From the NCBI GenBank assembly GCA_013416795.1, contig RQSC01000002.1, positions 59,442-123,441 on the forward strand: 64,000 nt of DNA. Direction: 5' to 3'. The notes beneath the pieces are model-generated. The model was not told where the DNA came from and did no database searches. It saw nothing but the letters and a program-made list of their open reading frames with translations. A program made the translations under genes and the position numbers. The first letter of the stretch is position 1; each line of letters opens with the position of its first letter. This document shows, one piece after another, positions 44,220-55,603 of the stretch. The DNA is from Prasinococcaceae sp. CCMP 1430 (lineage: Eukaryota; Plantae; Prasinodermophyta).

Positions 44220-46022
44220 TCACATCCCAAACATGCCGAAGTCGCCGCTCTGCGCCTCCTTCTCGAAGGTCTCGAAGTATTGGTAGATGATGGTCGAGGC
44301 GAGGAGGATGCCCGTGCCCGACCCAATCGCACCCATCATGTCGGCGACCACGGTGAGCGCGCCGATGCACACGCCGCCGAAAGCCGCGGCGGTGGGGATG
44401 TACCTGTTGAGGGCGTGCTGGAGGCTCTGCTCGCGGTGGCCCTGCAGGAACATCTGCTGCTCGCGCAGCTGCTTGGCGACGTCGCGCGAGGACGTGCCGC
44501 TGACGTCCACCCACGTCCTCGAGAAGAACGCGCACGCCGAAAGCATGAACACGATGTAGAAGAAGGCGTGGAAGGGATTGGTCGCAACGTCCGTCAGGCT
44601 CTGCGGCGGGGTGAGATAGTACACCAGGCCGCCCACGGGGATGAGCTGGCTGCCGGAGTGCTCGCTCTCGCGCCACTTGCCGAGCAGCTGCACCAGCAGG
44701 TTGCCACCGTAGCGCTTGTATAGCAGCTGCGAGATGAAGTACAAGTTGCTCGTGAGCGCCGACTGCAGGATGATCGGCATGTTGCTGGTGTAGAACAGCT
44801 TGATCGGGTAGTTGCCCTGCTGGCCGCGCGCGCGCTTGGAGCGAATGGGGAGGTCCACGCGGAAGCCCTGGAAATAGATGACGATCAGGAAGACGACCAC
44901 GGTCGCAAGCAGGTTGGTGACGTTGGGCAGGTTCTGGCGGTAGAAGGCCTCCTTGAGCGCGCGGACCTTGTCCGAGCGCGTGATCAGCAGGTGGAAGAGC
45001 GCGATGATGGCACCCTCGAACTCGGGACCACGGCCGGCGTTGACAGTGGTCGGCGAGAACGACTTCCAGATGATGGACTCGCACAGGTTGGTCGCGATGA
45101 AGAGCGAGATGCCCGAGCCCATACCATAGCCCTTCTTGAGCATGTCATCGAGGCACAGCACGATGACGCCCGCGAAGAAGAGCTGCAAGATGATCAGCAG
45201 CGCGTTGAAGGCGCCCAGGTCGCGCACGTCGCCGTACATGCCGCTGAGCACGTACGCCACCGCCTCGCCGATCGTGATCAGGATGCCCAGCAGCTTCTCC
45301 GCGCCATCGAGGAGCTTGCGGTCCTCCTTGACCGAGGGGTCCACCTCGATAATGCGCGAGCCAGAGAGCAGCTGCATCACCAGGCCCGACGTGACGATCG
45401 GCGAGATGCCCAGCTCCATGCACGTGCCGCGATTCGACGCGAGGATCTGGCGAAGCCAATACAGGGGGTCAGAGCCCGCGGCCTTGTGGATGCCATAGAG
45501 CGGGAGCTGCGAGCAAACCAGGAAGATGAACAGGCAGATCACCGAGTAGAGGGCGCGCTCGCGAAGAGGGATACGGCGGTTTGGCGCCTCGACCTCGGGC
45601 AGCACGCTGTGTACACGTGCGGATGCATTTGGGTGGGCGGGTGGACGCAGGCGTGGGTGTCAGGTGCCGGGGGGCGGAGAGGGGGGGGGGGGGCAGAATG
45701 TCGATGGCGGCGGGATGGGGCGCGCGATCGGCGGGCGGGCGCACGTGAGGGTGCGCAGCGCGCGTGGCAGCGGTGCCGAGGCGCAACAGCGACAGCGCAG
45801 GCGCAAGCGGCACGCGACGAGCTGGCTGTCGGCGCGGCAAAGCCGTGCACAGATCGCGCGGGCGCGCCCGCGCCCGCGCGATCCGAACTCGTCTCTCGCA
45901 GATCGCATCGTCACTCGCGCCCGCGCGCGCGCCCGCGCCCCCCCGCCCTTCTCGGCCAGAGACGAAGGGTCGTCGTACCACCACTGCGTCACCGTCGGAG
46001 CGCCGGGCGCGACCCCCCCCAT
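44220..46022 (-). CDS. SEC61A: Protein transport protein Sec61 subunit alpha
   Basis: Main exon 45606-44220 with [70 protein letters not shown]. The first exon 46022-45979 is tentative (phase-2 GTACG donor). Confidence 0.95.
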
Positions 46023-46255
46023 CACAACGCATGCGTCGCGCGCCGCGCGGCCCCGCGCGCGCTCGGGGAACTCTCGCCAACTTGAAATTCGCAATTTGAG
46101 TTAACCCTACATCCTCACAACCTTTATTCCGACTTTTTTGGTTTGGGTTCTGGCTTCGGCCGAATTCCTTCAAACACTAACCCACGGGAAAGTCTATCAT
46201 ACGTCAAGTTAAATTTAGCCCGGCGGGAGCGGGAGCGGGAGCGGCGCGCGTTCGC

Positions 46256-46267
46256 TTTCGCGCGAAA
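46256..46267. promoter_or_regulatory. Palindromic TTTCGCGCGAAA (double E2F-like site) in the SEC61A/SerRS divergent promoter
   Basis: Perfect 12-bp palindrome matching TTTSSCGC on both strands; poly-A tracts nearby. Confidence 0.35.
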
Positions 46268-46901
46268 AATTCGAAAGTCGCGGCGGCGGCGGGGCCGGCG
46301 AGAGGTCAAAACGCACGCGATCCGCGCGGCGGGCGCGCGCGTTCGTCGGAGACGAAGCGCTCCCGCGGCGGCGGCGCGGGAGAGAAAAAAAAACAAATTT
46401 TCGGTTCGAACGCGGGGCTCGGCGCGCGCGCGCGAAGACGCCCCAACAGCCACCCCGCCGCGCGCGAGGGTTGAGGTTTGACCATCCAATCTGCCACGAA
46501 AACGCACGCCAACCTCCAAAAACGCTCGCGTCACATCACACCAAAGGCGGGCTTTGAGGGTCGAACCGTCCACGTAGGGTCTGCGTCCGCCCGCTTTCCC
46601 ACTCCTTTTGCCCTTGGCACCACAAAAAAAAAAAAAAAAAAAAAAACGCGGAAGGGGGAATTTGGCGCGGCGGCCGCCGCGCGGGAGATCGGCGGCCGCC
46701 GGGCGCCGGGGGTGGGCGGGGTGGCGGGTGCAGGGGCGCCGTCGGGACGTGGGAGGAGGAAGGGGACGCACAAAGGGGGCGGGGGAGGGGGGGAGGGGCG
46801 CCAGAGAGCGTGCGCTGCGAGCGCCTCTCCGAACCGCGGCCCTCCTTTCCGCCTTCCCCCGGACGCGCACGCGGCGTGCGCGCGCGCCCCGCCCGGCCGC
46901 G

Positions 46902-49052
46902 ATGCTCGACATCAACCTGTTCCGCGAGGACCGCGGCGGCAACCCCGACCTCGTGCGCGAGTCGCAGCTGCGGCGGTACGCCGACGCGGGGCTCGTCGAC
47001 CGCGTGTGCGAGGCGGACGCCGCGTGGCGCGAGGCGCGACATGCCCTCGACATGCTGAACGGCGACTTCAACGCCGCCAACAAGCGCGTCGCCGCCAAGA
47101 AGAAGGCCAAGGAGAACGCCGACGAGGAGATCACCGCCGTCAAAGCCATCGCCGCCAAGATCGCCGCGGCCAAGGCCGCGGAGGCCGAGGCTGCCGAGGC
47201 CGCGCAGAAGAGCGTGGCGCCCATTGGCAACCTGGTTCACCACAGCGTGCCCGTGCACGATGACGAGGACAACAACGTCGTCGAGCGCACGTGGGGCGTG
47301 GCGAGCAGCGAGGGCAAGCCGCACAACCACGTCGACCTCATGTACATGGCGGGCCTCACGGACCTGGAGAAGGGCCAGCAGGTTGCGGGCAACCGCGGGT
47401 ACTTCCTCAAGGGCTGCGGCGTGCTGCTCAACCAGGCGCTGATCAACTACGCCACGGGCTTCCTCGCGCGCCGCCAGTACACCCCGCTGCAGACGCCCTT
47501 CTTCATGAAGAAGGACATGATGGCCAAGTGCGCGCAGCTGAGCGAGTTCGACGAGGCTCTCTACCACTGCACCGGCGACGGCGACGAGAAGTACATGATC
47601 GCCACGTCGGAGCAGCCGATCTGCTGCATGCACGCTGGCGACTGGATTGACCCCAAGTCGCTGCCGATCCGCTACGCGGGCCTCTCGACGTGCTTCCGCA
47701 AGGAGGCCGGCTCCCATGGCCGCGACACGGCGGGCATCTTCCGCGTGCACCAGTTCGAGAAGGTGGAGCAGTTCGTCATCACCTCCCCCGACGGCGACGA
47801 CTCGTGGCGCGCGCACGAGGAGATGATCGGCATCTCGGAGGAGTTCTACCAGTCGCTGGGCCTGCCCTACCAGGTGATCAACATTGTGTCGGGCGCCCTC
47901 AACGATGCCGCCGCCAAGAAGTACGACCTCGAGGCGTGGTTCCCTGCGTCCAAGACCTTCCGCGAGCTCGTGTCGGCGTCGAACTGCACCGACTACCAGA
48001 GCCGGCGCCTCGAGGTGCGTTACGGCTTCAAGAAGGCCGGTGAGACCAAGAAGCAGTACGTACACATGCTCAACTCGACGCTTACTGCGACCGAGCGCAC
48101 GCTGTGCTGCATCGTCGAGAATTATCAGACGGACAAGGGCATCGTCGTGCCCGAGGTGCTGCGCCCGTTCATGATGGGCGTTGAGTTCATCCCCTTCGTG
48201 CGCGACGCACCCGAGCAGCCGGCCCCCAAGAAGTCTAAGGGCGGCGGCGGCAAGGGCGGCAAGGGCGGCGACGGCGGCGCCAAGAAGGGTGGCGACGGCG
48301 GCGCCAAGAAGGGTGGCGACTCGAAGACCGGTGAGAAGGGCGCGAGCGGCGGCGCCGCCGGGGGCAAAGGCAAGGGCAAGGGCGGGGATGCGCAGCCCAA
48401 GGGTGGCAAGGGTAGCGATGCGGGCAAGGGCAAGCAGCAGCAGGCCGCCGGTGGCGGCAAGAAGGACAAGAAAAAGGCGGCGCCGCAGGAGCCTCCGGTG
48501 GAGCTCGTGGTGCCGTCCAAGAGCGGTGCGACCGCCCCCTTCTCGAAGTCTGACGCGCGCGCCCTTCGCATGTTCTGCACGGAGGCGCAGGTCAACCATA
48601 ACGTTGTCGAGGCCGACAGCGCAGCTGGGGCCGCCGCCGGTGTGGGCGCTGCCGCGGTGCCGCTGCTGGTGGACCTCGACGGCACTCTGATCACGCAGCC
48701 CGTCAGCATCATGCGCCACCTGGCCGCCAAGAAGGGCAACCCCATGTTCCCAAATGGCGCTGATGCCGCTGCTATCCGCGTGGAGCAGCTGCTGGAGTGG
48801 CAGGCGACCACGCTGCGGCCGTCGCTGACTGGCGCGGCCGGTTCGGGCGCTGCTCCTGGCTGCCTCGCGTCCCTGGAGGGCTGGCTGAAGGAGAGCGCGG
48901 GCAAGTACATCACGGGGAAGGGCTTCACCGCGGCTGACATCGCCATTGCGATGGACCTCGCAGATGCCAGCGTGGAGGGCTATGCGAAGGTCGGCAGCTG
49001 GCTGGAGACCATGCGCGCGCGCCCCAGCTACGCTGTGGCCGTCGAGGCCTGA
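46902..49052 (+). CDS. SARS: Cytosolic seryl-tRNA synthetase with Gly/Lys linker and C-terminal GST-like domain
   Basis: MLDINLFRED..GNPDLVRESQ, IATSEQP, CFRKEAGSHGRDTAGIFRVHQFEKVEQF, ELVSASNCTDYQ, HMLNSTL.ATER. In-frame, intronless extension VPLLVDLDGTLITQPVSIMRHL...YITGKGFTAADIA...WLETMRARPSY. Confidence 0.95.
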   Translation: MLDINLFREDRGGNPDLVRESQLRRYADAGLVDRVCEADAAWREARHALDMLNGDFNAANKRVAAKKKAKENADEEITAVKAIAAKIAAAKAAEAEAAEAAQKSVAPIGNLVHHSVPVHDDEDNNVVERTWGVASSEGKPHNHVDLMYMAGLTDLEKGQQVAGNRGYFLKGCGVLLNQALINYATGFLARRQYTPLQTPFFMKKDMMAKCAQLSEFDEALYHCTGDGDEKYMIATSEQPICCMHAGDWIDPKSLPIRYAGLSTCFRKEAGSHGRDTAGIFRVHQFEKVEQFVITSPDGDDSWRAHEEMIGISEEFYQSLGLPYQVINIVSGALNDAAAKKYDLEAWFPASKTFRELVSASNCTDYQSRRLEVRYGFKKAGETKKQYVHMLNSTLTATERTLCCIVENYQTDKGIVVPEVLRPFMMGVEFIPFVRDAPEQPAPKKSKGGGGKGGKGGDGGAKKGGDGGAKKGGDSKTGEKGASGGAAGGKGKGKGGDAQPKGGKGSDAGKGKQQQAAGGGKKDKKKAAPQEPPVELVVPSKSGATAPFSKSDARALRMFCTEAQVNHNVVEADSAAGAAAGVGAAAVPLLVDLDGTLITQPVSIMRHLAAKKGNPMFPNGADAAAIRVEQLLEWQATTLRPSLTGAAGSGAAPGCLASLEGWLKESAGKYITGKGFTAADIAIAMDLADASVEGYAKVGSWLETMRARPSYAVAVEA

Positions 49053-49165
49053 GCAGCGCCTCCGCATGTAAGCGTCTTTCTCGCTAGACAAACACGCAAC
49101 GGAGGGCTGGCGCGCCAGACAGAGGGATGTGTGTTCAATACAGTCGCGTGCGTCTCAGATTGTGC

Positions 49166-50425
49166 TCATGCGGAAGGGCGCCTGGAGCGCGCACTGACTT
49201 CGGCAGCGCGCACCGAGCCCTCCTGAGCGTAGATTGCTAGGCTAGCGAGCGATGTAGCGGTCATGCCGTAGCCCAGCGCGTCCACGGCGAACGCAGGCGG
49301 GAAGTCCAATGCCTTTTCCGTCATTGCCGCGAGCACGAGCGCCAGCTGTAGCACCGTGTTCACCTTGGACACGAAGTGCGGCTCCAGCGGCTTGGCGGCG
49401 GTGCCATCGCTGGTGTCAACGTTGAAAAAGTGCGAGACGGAGCGCACCGCGCGCACGCCGCCGAGTTCGTGTGCGCGCAGCGCAAATGCGCCGCCGAGAA
49501 GCGCAGCATCGCGCCCCATCGACACAGCCACCAGCCACGCCGGGAGGTAGCCTGCGTACCCCATCGCGCCCACCGCGCACAACAGGAAAACTTTGTCTGC
49601 GAGCGGGTCGAGATAGGTGCCGAGCACCGACTGCTGGTTGTACTTCTTCGCGTAGTAGCCGTCAGCCCAGTCGCTCCAGCCTGCAGCAATCAGGAGGGCG
49701 AGTGCGGTGCTGTCATGGCCAGCGAGAAGCAAAGACACGAAGGCAGGCCCGCCTAGCAGCCTCGCGAAGCTCAACGCGTTTGACACAGTCAGAGGATTCG
49801 ACGTCGCCCACCAATGCGCCACATCATATGTCACGTCATGGCGCCCCCTCGGCCCGTGCGCGTGCTGCTGCTGCTGCCCTTGCTGTTGCTGCCGCGGTGG
49901 TGGCGGCGGCAGGGGCGGTCGAGGCCGCTGGTCCCGGCGCGGCTGCTGCGTCCTGGCTCCTGCGCTTGCGCCATGCCGGGCGTGCTGCTGTGCATAGCCT
50001 CGATCGCACCAATGCTGCTGCTGGTAGTGCGGTGGCCGTGATGCAGACGCCGGGCTCATAGAGCCGCGCGCGAGCGCGTTGCTACAGGCAGACGTGGCCG
50101 CTGCCGCGAATCCTCGCAGGGTGCTCGCGCGCCAGCGCCCTGGGATGCCATCCCACGATGCGACGCCCAGTGGAAGCCATGCTGCAGGCGCGGACGGTTG
50201 TGACCGCGTACTCGCGCTGCGCGAGCACGCTCGCAGCGCTCCAGCGCACTGATCCCATCGCCGCGCCCGTCCAGCGCTGCCGTTGTACTGAGCCGCTGCA
50301 TTCGTCCCCATGCCACCACTGCCACCAACGCACGCCACCGCCTCAGCAACTGCCGCAGCAACACGCACTTGGCGTCCGTCCGCGCGCCGGCGTGCGAGCA
50401 GGAGCGGCGATGCCGCAGGCGTCAT
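49166..50425 (-). CDS. CDP-alcohol phosphatidyltransferase, cardiolipin synthase-like, with long N-terminal presequence
   Basis: LTVSNALSFARL, SDWADGYYAKKYNQQSVLGTYLDPLADK (D-x2-DG-x2-A...G-x2-LD-x3-D pattern) and PHFVSKVNTVLQL. Start uncertain. Confidence 0.85.
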   Translation of the reverse strand: MTPAASPLLLARRRADGRQVRVAAAVAEAVACVGGSGGMGTNAAAQYNGSAGRARRWDQCAGALRACSRSASTRSQPSAPAAWLPLGVASWDGIPGRWRASTLRGFAAAATSACSNALARGSMSPASASRPPHYQQQHWCDRGYAQQHARHGASAGARTQQPRRDQRPRPPLPPPPPRQQQQGQQQQHAHGPRGRHDVTYDVAHWWATSNPLTVSNALSFARLLGGPAFVSLLLAGHDSTALALLIAAGWSDWADGYYAKKYNQQSVLGTYLDPLADKVFLLCAVGAMGYAGYLPAWLVAVSMGRDAALLGGAFALRAHELGGVRAVRSVSHFFNVDTSDGTAAKPLEPHFVSKVNTVLQLALVLAAMTEKALDFPPAFAVDALGYGMTATSLASLAIYAQEGSVRAAEVSARSRRPSA

Positions 50426-51151
50426 CGCCGCGTGGGGGACGGTGGTCGGAGCGCCCCTAGCGCGCCGCAGCGGCCACTCTCCCACCTTTCCCCCACTCTG
50501 TACGCCCTACTCCCGCGAGGCGCGCCCCCGCGCCCCAGCGGCGGACACCGCGGGGGCGCTCAGAGCTGCGCGCGGCACACTGCGCGCCGCACTCTGACTT
50601 GAGGTTGCGGCGGCGCTGGCTGCAGAAGGAGCTGTAGCCGAGGCGGTGGTGTCCGTGCGCGATACGCGCGTGCCTGCGTGCCTCGTGCCTGCGCCCCAGC
50701 GCGCCTGCGTGCGGTGTGACACGTGTGCATGTGTCGGTAGCCCCCGCGCTGCGCACCCGGTGGGGCAACTGCGACCGCGCACTTTTTCGCCGGCGCAAGC
50801 AGTGCCCCAAAGCGCGCGTGCGGCGCGGCGCCACACCGTGCGCGCGGCGGAAAACGCACACGGGACACGCTGCGGGCTGTCGGGGAGGAAGATCGGCGTG
50901 GGGGCAGGCGAGGAGGAGCAGGTCTCTTTCGCACGTGGGTGGGTGGGGAGGGGAGGGGGGGGGGAGCTGCGCGCTTGTCGGCCCCCGCGGGGCTGTTTGG
51001 CCATTTGGCGTGCAGCCCTTTTTTTGGCTCGCGGTTGCATCACCGACTCACCAGCAACAGTCGCGACTGCCGTACAGCACGTGGCCGTCCAGCTGCTACT
51101 GCGTGCAAGAGCGTGTCACACGACTGGACCGCGGCGCAGGGCTCGTACGCG

Positions 51152-53682
51152 ATGAGTACGACGAGGAAGCTCCAGTTGGAGATCGACAAGACGCTGCGCA
51201 AGCTGCAGGATGGCCTGCGCGAGTTTCAGGTGTTGTGGGACAAGTTGGAGGCCGTTAAGTCGGACGCGCACATGCGCGACCGTGCCGAGGAGACGTTGAA
51301 AAAAGAGCTCAAGAAGCTCCAGCGCGTGCGCGAGCAAGTTCGCGGCTGGATCGCCAACCCGGACGTCAAGGAGCGTCAGGACGACCTGCAGCGCGCGCGG
51401 CGCCAGATCGAAGAAGAGATGGAGCGCTTCCGAGCCTTCGAGCGTGAGAGCAAGACCAAGGCCTTCTCGAAGGAGGGGCTGAAGAAGAAGACAGAGGTAG
51501 ACCCCGAGGAGGAGAAGCGCAACGACGCAACTGCATCTCTGAACGCCATTATCGAGCGCCTCCGCGAAAAAATCGATGAGTACGAAGCAAACGCAGAGCG
51601 CTCACAGCCAGAAAGAAAGCACTCCAAGGGTAAGAAGAAGCACAACAAGGCCGAAGAGACCACGTCTGGAGAGCTCATGGCGCACGTCGGACACGGGGCG
51701 GGCTATGCGGCGCTCTCGGAGGCGGACAAGGAGCGCGTCTGCAGCCACGAGGAGCACATCGCCAAGATCGAGCTCTGCAATCGCCTCATCGATAATCGTT
51801 CGATAGAACCCGGTGTGGTTCCCGAGCTCGTCGAGCAGCTTGACATGTATCTCGACACGTGCGATGACGAGGACACTGCTTTCTTGTCAGATTTTTACAT
51901 GTACGACGACATAGGCTTGGATCAGCACGCCGCCACCGCAGCTGCGGCTGCCCTCACACCTACGGTCGCAGCTGCGATCATGCACCACGGCCAGGCCACC
52001 GAGGACAAGGAAGATTCCTCAGAGACGCATCTTGATGCGGCTGAAAGTAGCTCTGCGCCCGCGACAAAGACGAAGGCCGAGCTTCGGGCCGAGAAGAAGA
52101 AGGCCAAGCTCGAGGCCAAAAGGGCTGAGAAAGTGGAAAAGAAGGAAAGGGAGAAGGCGGAGAGAGAGAGGGAGAAGGCCAGAGATGGGAAAGAAGAGGA
52201 GAAGGCGGATACGGGGGAGGCTGGTACGGCAGACAGCGCCACGAAACACACAGCGCAGCCCACCTCCCCGACGACGGCAAAAGCTGTGACTACCCATCAA
52301 GCAGCCGGCAGCACCGATCCGATGTCTAGATCTACGGTGTCGCAGTCTACCGATGGGCCCGCAACGGACGCTCAAGCAGCAGCGCAAAAGGCACAGCCAA
52401 CACCGGTAGCGGACGTGGGCTCTGTGCAAGCACTGGCGTCCAGGACGCACGGCCCCACCGACGCACAGCGCTCACGCTCTTCTGCGTCGGTGCCAGGCTC
52501 CCCCACGCAGTCCCCGATGGGCACTGTCACGTCAGCCATGTCGGCGAGTGTTCCGAGCATGGATGCACAGATGTCTTCGCTGTCTCTATCGACTCCGTCG
52601 CTGCCACCTTCTCGCGACAGCAGCGGCGCGCAGCAGGGGCCGCCATCACATCCCGCGGTGAAGGGAGTGGGCCTCGATGGACAGGCTAAAACCGCGCCCG
52701 CGCAGAGCACACGGGGAGAGGCAGCTCCGAGGGGCTTGACAATTGCAATGTCCACGGCGCCGGCAACGCCTCCACCGCCACAGCGGCCACAGGGCAGCGC
52801 GCACCCGCACGTTTCTCCGGTACCACAAATGCCCCCCCCAACCGCGCAACCTCCGCTGCCTCCTCCTGGCCTTGCGCTCCTCCTCCGACAGCAGGGACCG
52901 ATGACGACGCCCGGCGAGCCTGGCGCAAGGAAGGGAAGCGAGAGCCTCTTCGGCTCGACGGTCGAGTCCCCCACTCTCTCTCCCGGGGGGGCGATATCGA
53001 AGGGCCGGCTCAAGCAACTCCTGGACGCGTCCTTCCAAAGCAAGCCTCGCCCCGAGGATCGTGAGGGCGTCTCTCCAGGCCTCGAAAACCTGGACGCGTT
53101 TGCGACGCGCGGGTCACAGCCGACGCCCGCCGTCGACGATCTCCCTGCGATCGGCTTCGGACGGCGCTTTCCAGCAGCACCGCAGCATGCACACGTTCTC
53201 ACCTCGTACCCATGGACAGAACAGCAGCGTACGCCTGGGCACGCCAGCGCCGCAGCCGAGCTCTTTTACGTTGTGGACAATGAGCAATTGCTTTTTGCGT
53301 TCCACTTTCAACAAGGTGGATACCTCCAGCTCGCAGCAGCGAAGGAACTTTGCCGCCGCGGATGGCGCTTCGACATGAAACAGCGCGCGTGGTTCACGCG
53401 AGCACAGGAGCCCCAGGAGGTCAATAGTGCCTACGAACGGGGCGCGTACGTGTACTTTGACTCGCAATCGTGGAGGCAGGTGAGCATTGATGACCTTACT
53501 TATTAGCTGGGATGACACGGCCGCGCGTCTACTCTCCAGGGTCCACTGGCGGTTGTCGCGAGGCAAGGCTGACCCTCCTGCCCGCCCTCGCCCGCGCCCC
53601 CGCCAACGCCCGTCGCCCACGCGCTGATGCACAACACGCGCAGGTGCCCGTGATGAATGCACAAGTGCACTACTGTGCGTAG
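51152..53682 (+). CDS. NOT3: CCR4-NOT complex subunit NOT3
   Basis: N-terminus RKLQLEIDKTLRK...LKKELKKLQRVREQVRGW...EMERFRAFERESKTKAFSKEGL; C-terminal NOT box LLFAFHFQQGGYLQLAAAKEL..GWRF..WF...ERGAYVYFD. Probable last intron 53480-53643; unspliced stop at 53506. Confidence 0.9.
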
Positions 53683-54074
53683 CCGCTGAGTGTGTGGCGG
53701 CGAGAGCGCACGCACACCATGACGTTCAAATGCGCCAGCGAGCGAATACGCGCAACGCCTCGAGCTGACTCTTGTCGGGCTTTGCCCCCACTCTCGCTCC
53801 TCCCAGCCGATGTCCTGCACATGCCTGTGGCATAGAATCGGGCGAAAGGCGTCGGGTGAGCGATGTCATCCCAAGTCGAGCTGTGCTATCCAGTGCTCGC
53901 CACCCATATCAGTGGCCGCAAGCGATCGCTTCCCATCGCGCCGATGATGCGCGCGCCGCGCGGACGCTGCTCTCGTGCACTCTGCGCTCGTAAGTGCCCC
54001 ATCTGAAGCATGGCTTGTCTTATGCACAGCCGGCAGCGCCGGGTGTAGCGCACATCGCCACCTCGCTGCGCTGC

Positions 54075-54907
54075 CTATCCCTGCAGTTCCTTGAGGGCCG
54101 CCTCGCGCTTCCGCCTCTGGCTGGCCGCCCTGCCCGCGCTCACCGCCGCGTTCACGAAAAAGAGCGACGTGATGGCGACCACGGCGACGAACACCGTCAG
54201 CCAGTCGCGCACCGTCTGGCAGTACCCAAGAGACGCGTACTTGCCAAACTCGACAGCCTGGTTCACGCGCAGCTCGAGCGGCGAGATGACAACAAGACCA
54301 CTGATGATGGTCGACACGCCGCTCTGCACCTCCCCGTCGGGGTATGGCGTATATGAGACGGTCGCCGCGGCGGTCTCAAGCGCGCCCACGAGCTTGGGCT
54401 TCAGCACAAACGTGTGCGTGAAGGACGCGCCGCTCGCGATCGAGTCCACCGTCGCTGCGGGCTGGCCCTCGACGAACTCGAACGCGTCTGGGCTCCATGT
54501 GGTGTCGCTAATCGACACCTGCGCCGCCGCACTGCACAAGCAGACGCCCAAGCGCGGGCACACAAGATGCGTCAGCCGACTGGGCGCCGCAAGTGCCGCC
54601 TGCCGCGGACCCGTGGCGCGGCAACACGAGCGCGTCCAGCTGCCGCAGCAGACATCGCGCGGTTTGCGCAGTCACCGATATGCGCTCACACGCGCGCGCC
54701 CCCGCCACTGCTGCCGCCGTCGCAACCGACGCACCCTGCGCCCGTGTTGTACGCGGTAAGCGCGACGGTCATGTTCATGCCCTGCACCGCGCTGCTCTCC
54801 ACGATGGCCTTCTCCAGGATGATGTGCGCCGCATCCGCGTCGCCCGCCGCCCCCGCGCTCGCGCCGGCCGCGATCGCGAGCGCGAGCAGCGCCCCGGCGG
54901 ATCGCAT
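54075..54907 (-). CDS. SSR2: Translocon-associated protein beta (TRAP-beta/SSR2)
   Basis: Exons 54907-54735 and 54531-54075. Signal peptide, ILEKAI...MTVALTAYNTG.GAAAQVSISD..W...FEFVEG...IASGASFTHTFVLKP...AATVSY, and a C-terminal TM helix. Confidence 0.82.
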
Positions 54908-55032
54908 CCTCTCCCGCCGCGCGCGCGCGATCCCTCCCCTCCTCCCTCCCGCGGGCCCGACCAGTCCTCCCGATCGCCCTCGCCCTCGGCGCGCGCCACC
55001 CCCAAGCGCTGCGGGCGCGGAGTGGCGCCCCT

Positions 55033-55063
<31 letters not shown>

Positions 55064-55603
55064 GCTCGAGGGCCCGATCGCAGGCGCCCCGCAGCGCCAC
55101 ATTTAAAAAAAAAAATAAAAAAGCCCACTCCACTGGCGATTCGGGACGGCCTCAAAATGATCCCATCACTGACAATCAACGCTAGCCAGATCTGGCTGGC
55201 GTCGCATCCGTTCGGATGCGCTGGCAGCGCTGCTGCGACAGGCACACGACCGACAGAGCCGGCTTTTTTTTTTTTTCTGGACCGCGCGGAGTCACCGGGC
55301 TGGCTGGCTGGCGCCCACGCCGCGTCGTTTTTTTTTTTTGTTCCCGCTTGGCGCTGGTGTTTTTGCGGCCCGCACGCGCGCCGTCTCCGCGTTTTGTGAC
55401 AGCGGACGGGGTGCGCGTGCTCGAAATCTCGGCGTTCCTCGGCGTCGCGCGCAGCGGCGGCAGCGCTGCTGCCCGCGTGCCCGCGGCAAACAGCCGGCCT
55501 TGGTTTTGGGCGGGCGGCGGCGCTGCCGAGGAGGGCTGCCGCCGCCGCCCCGCGCGCCAGAGCGCGCGCGAGGGAGCCGGTCCCCGCCCCCCTGCAGGCA
55601 ACC

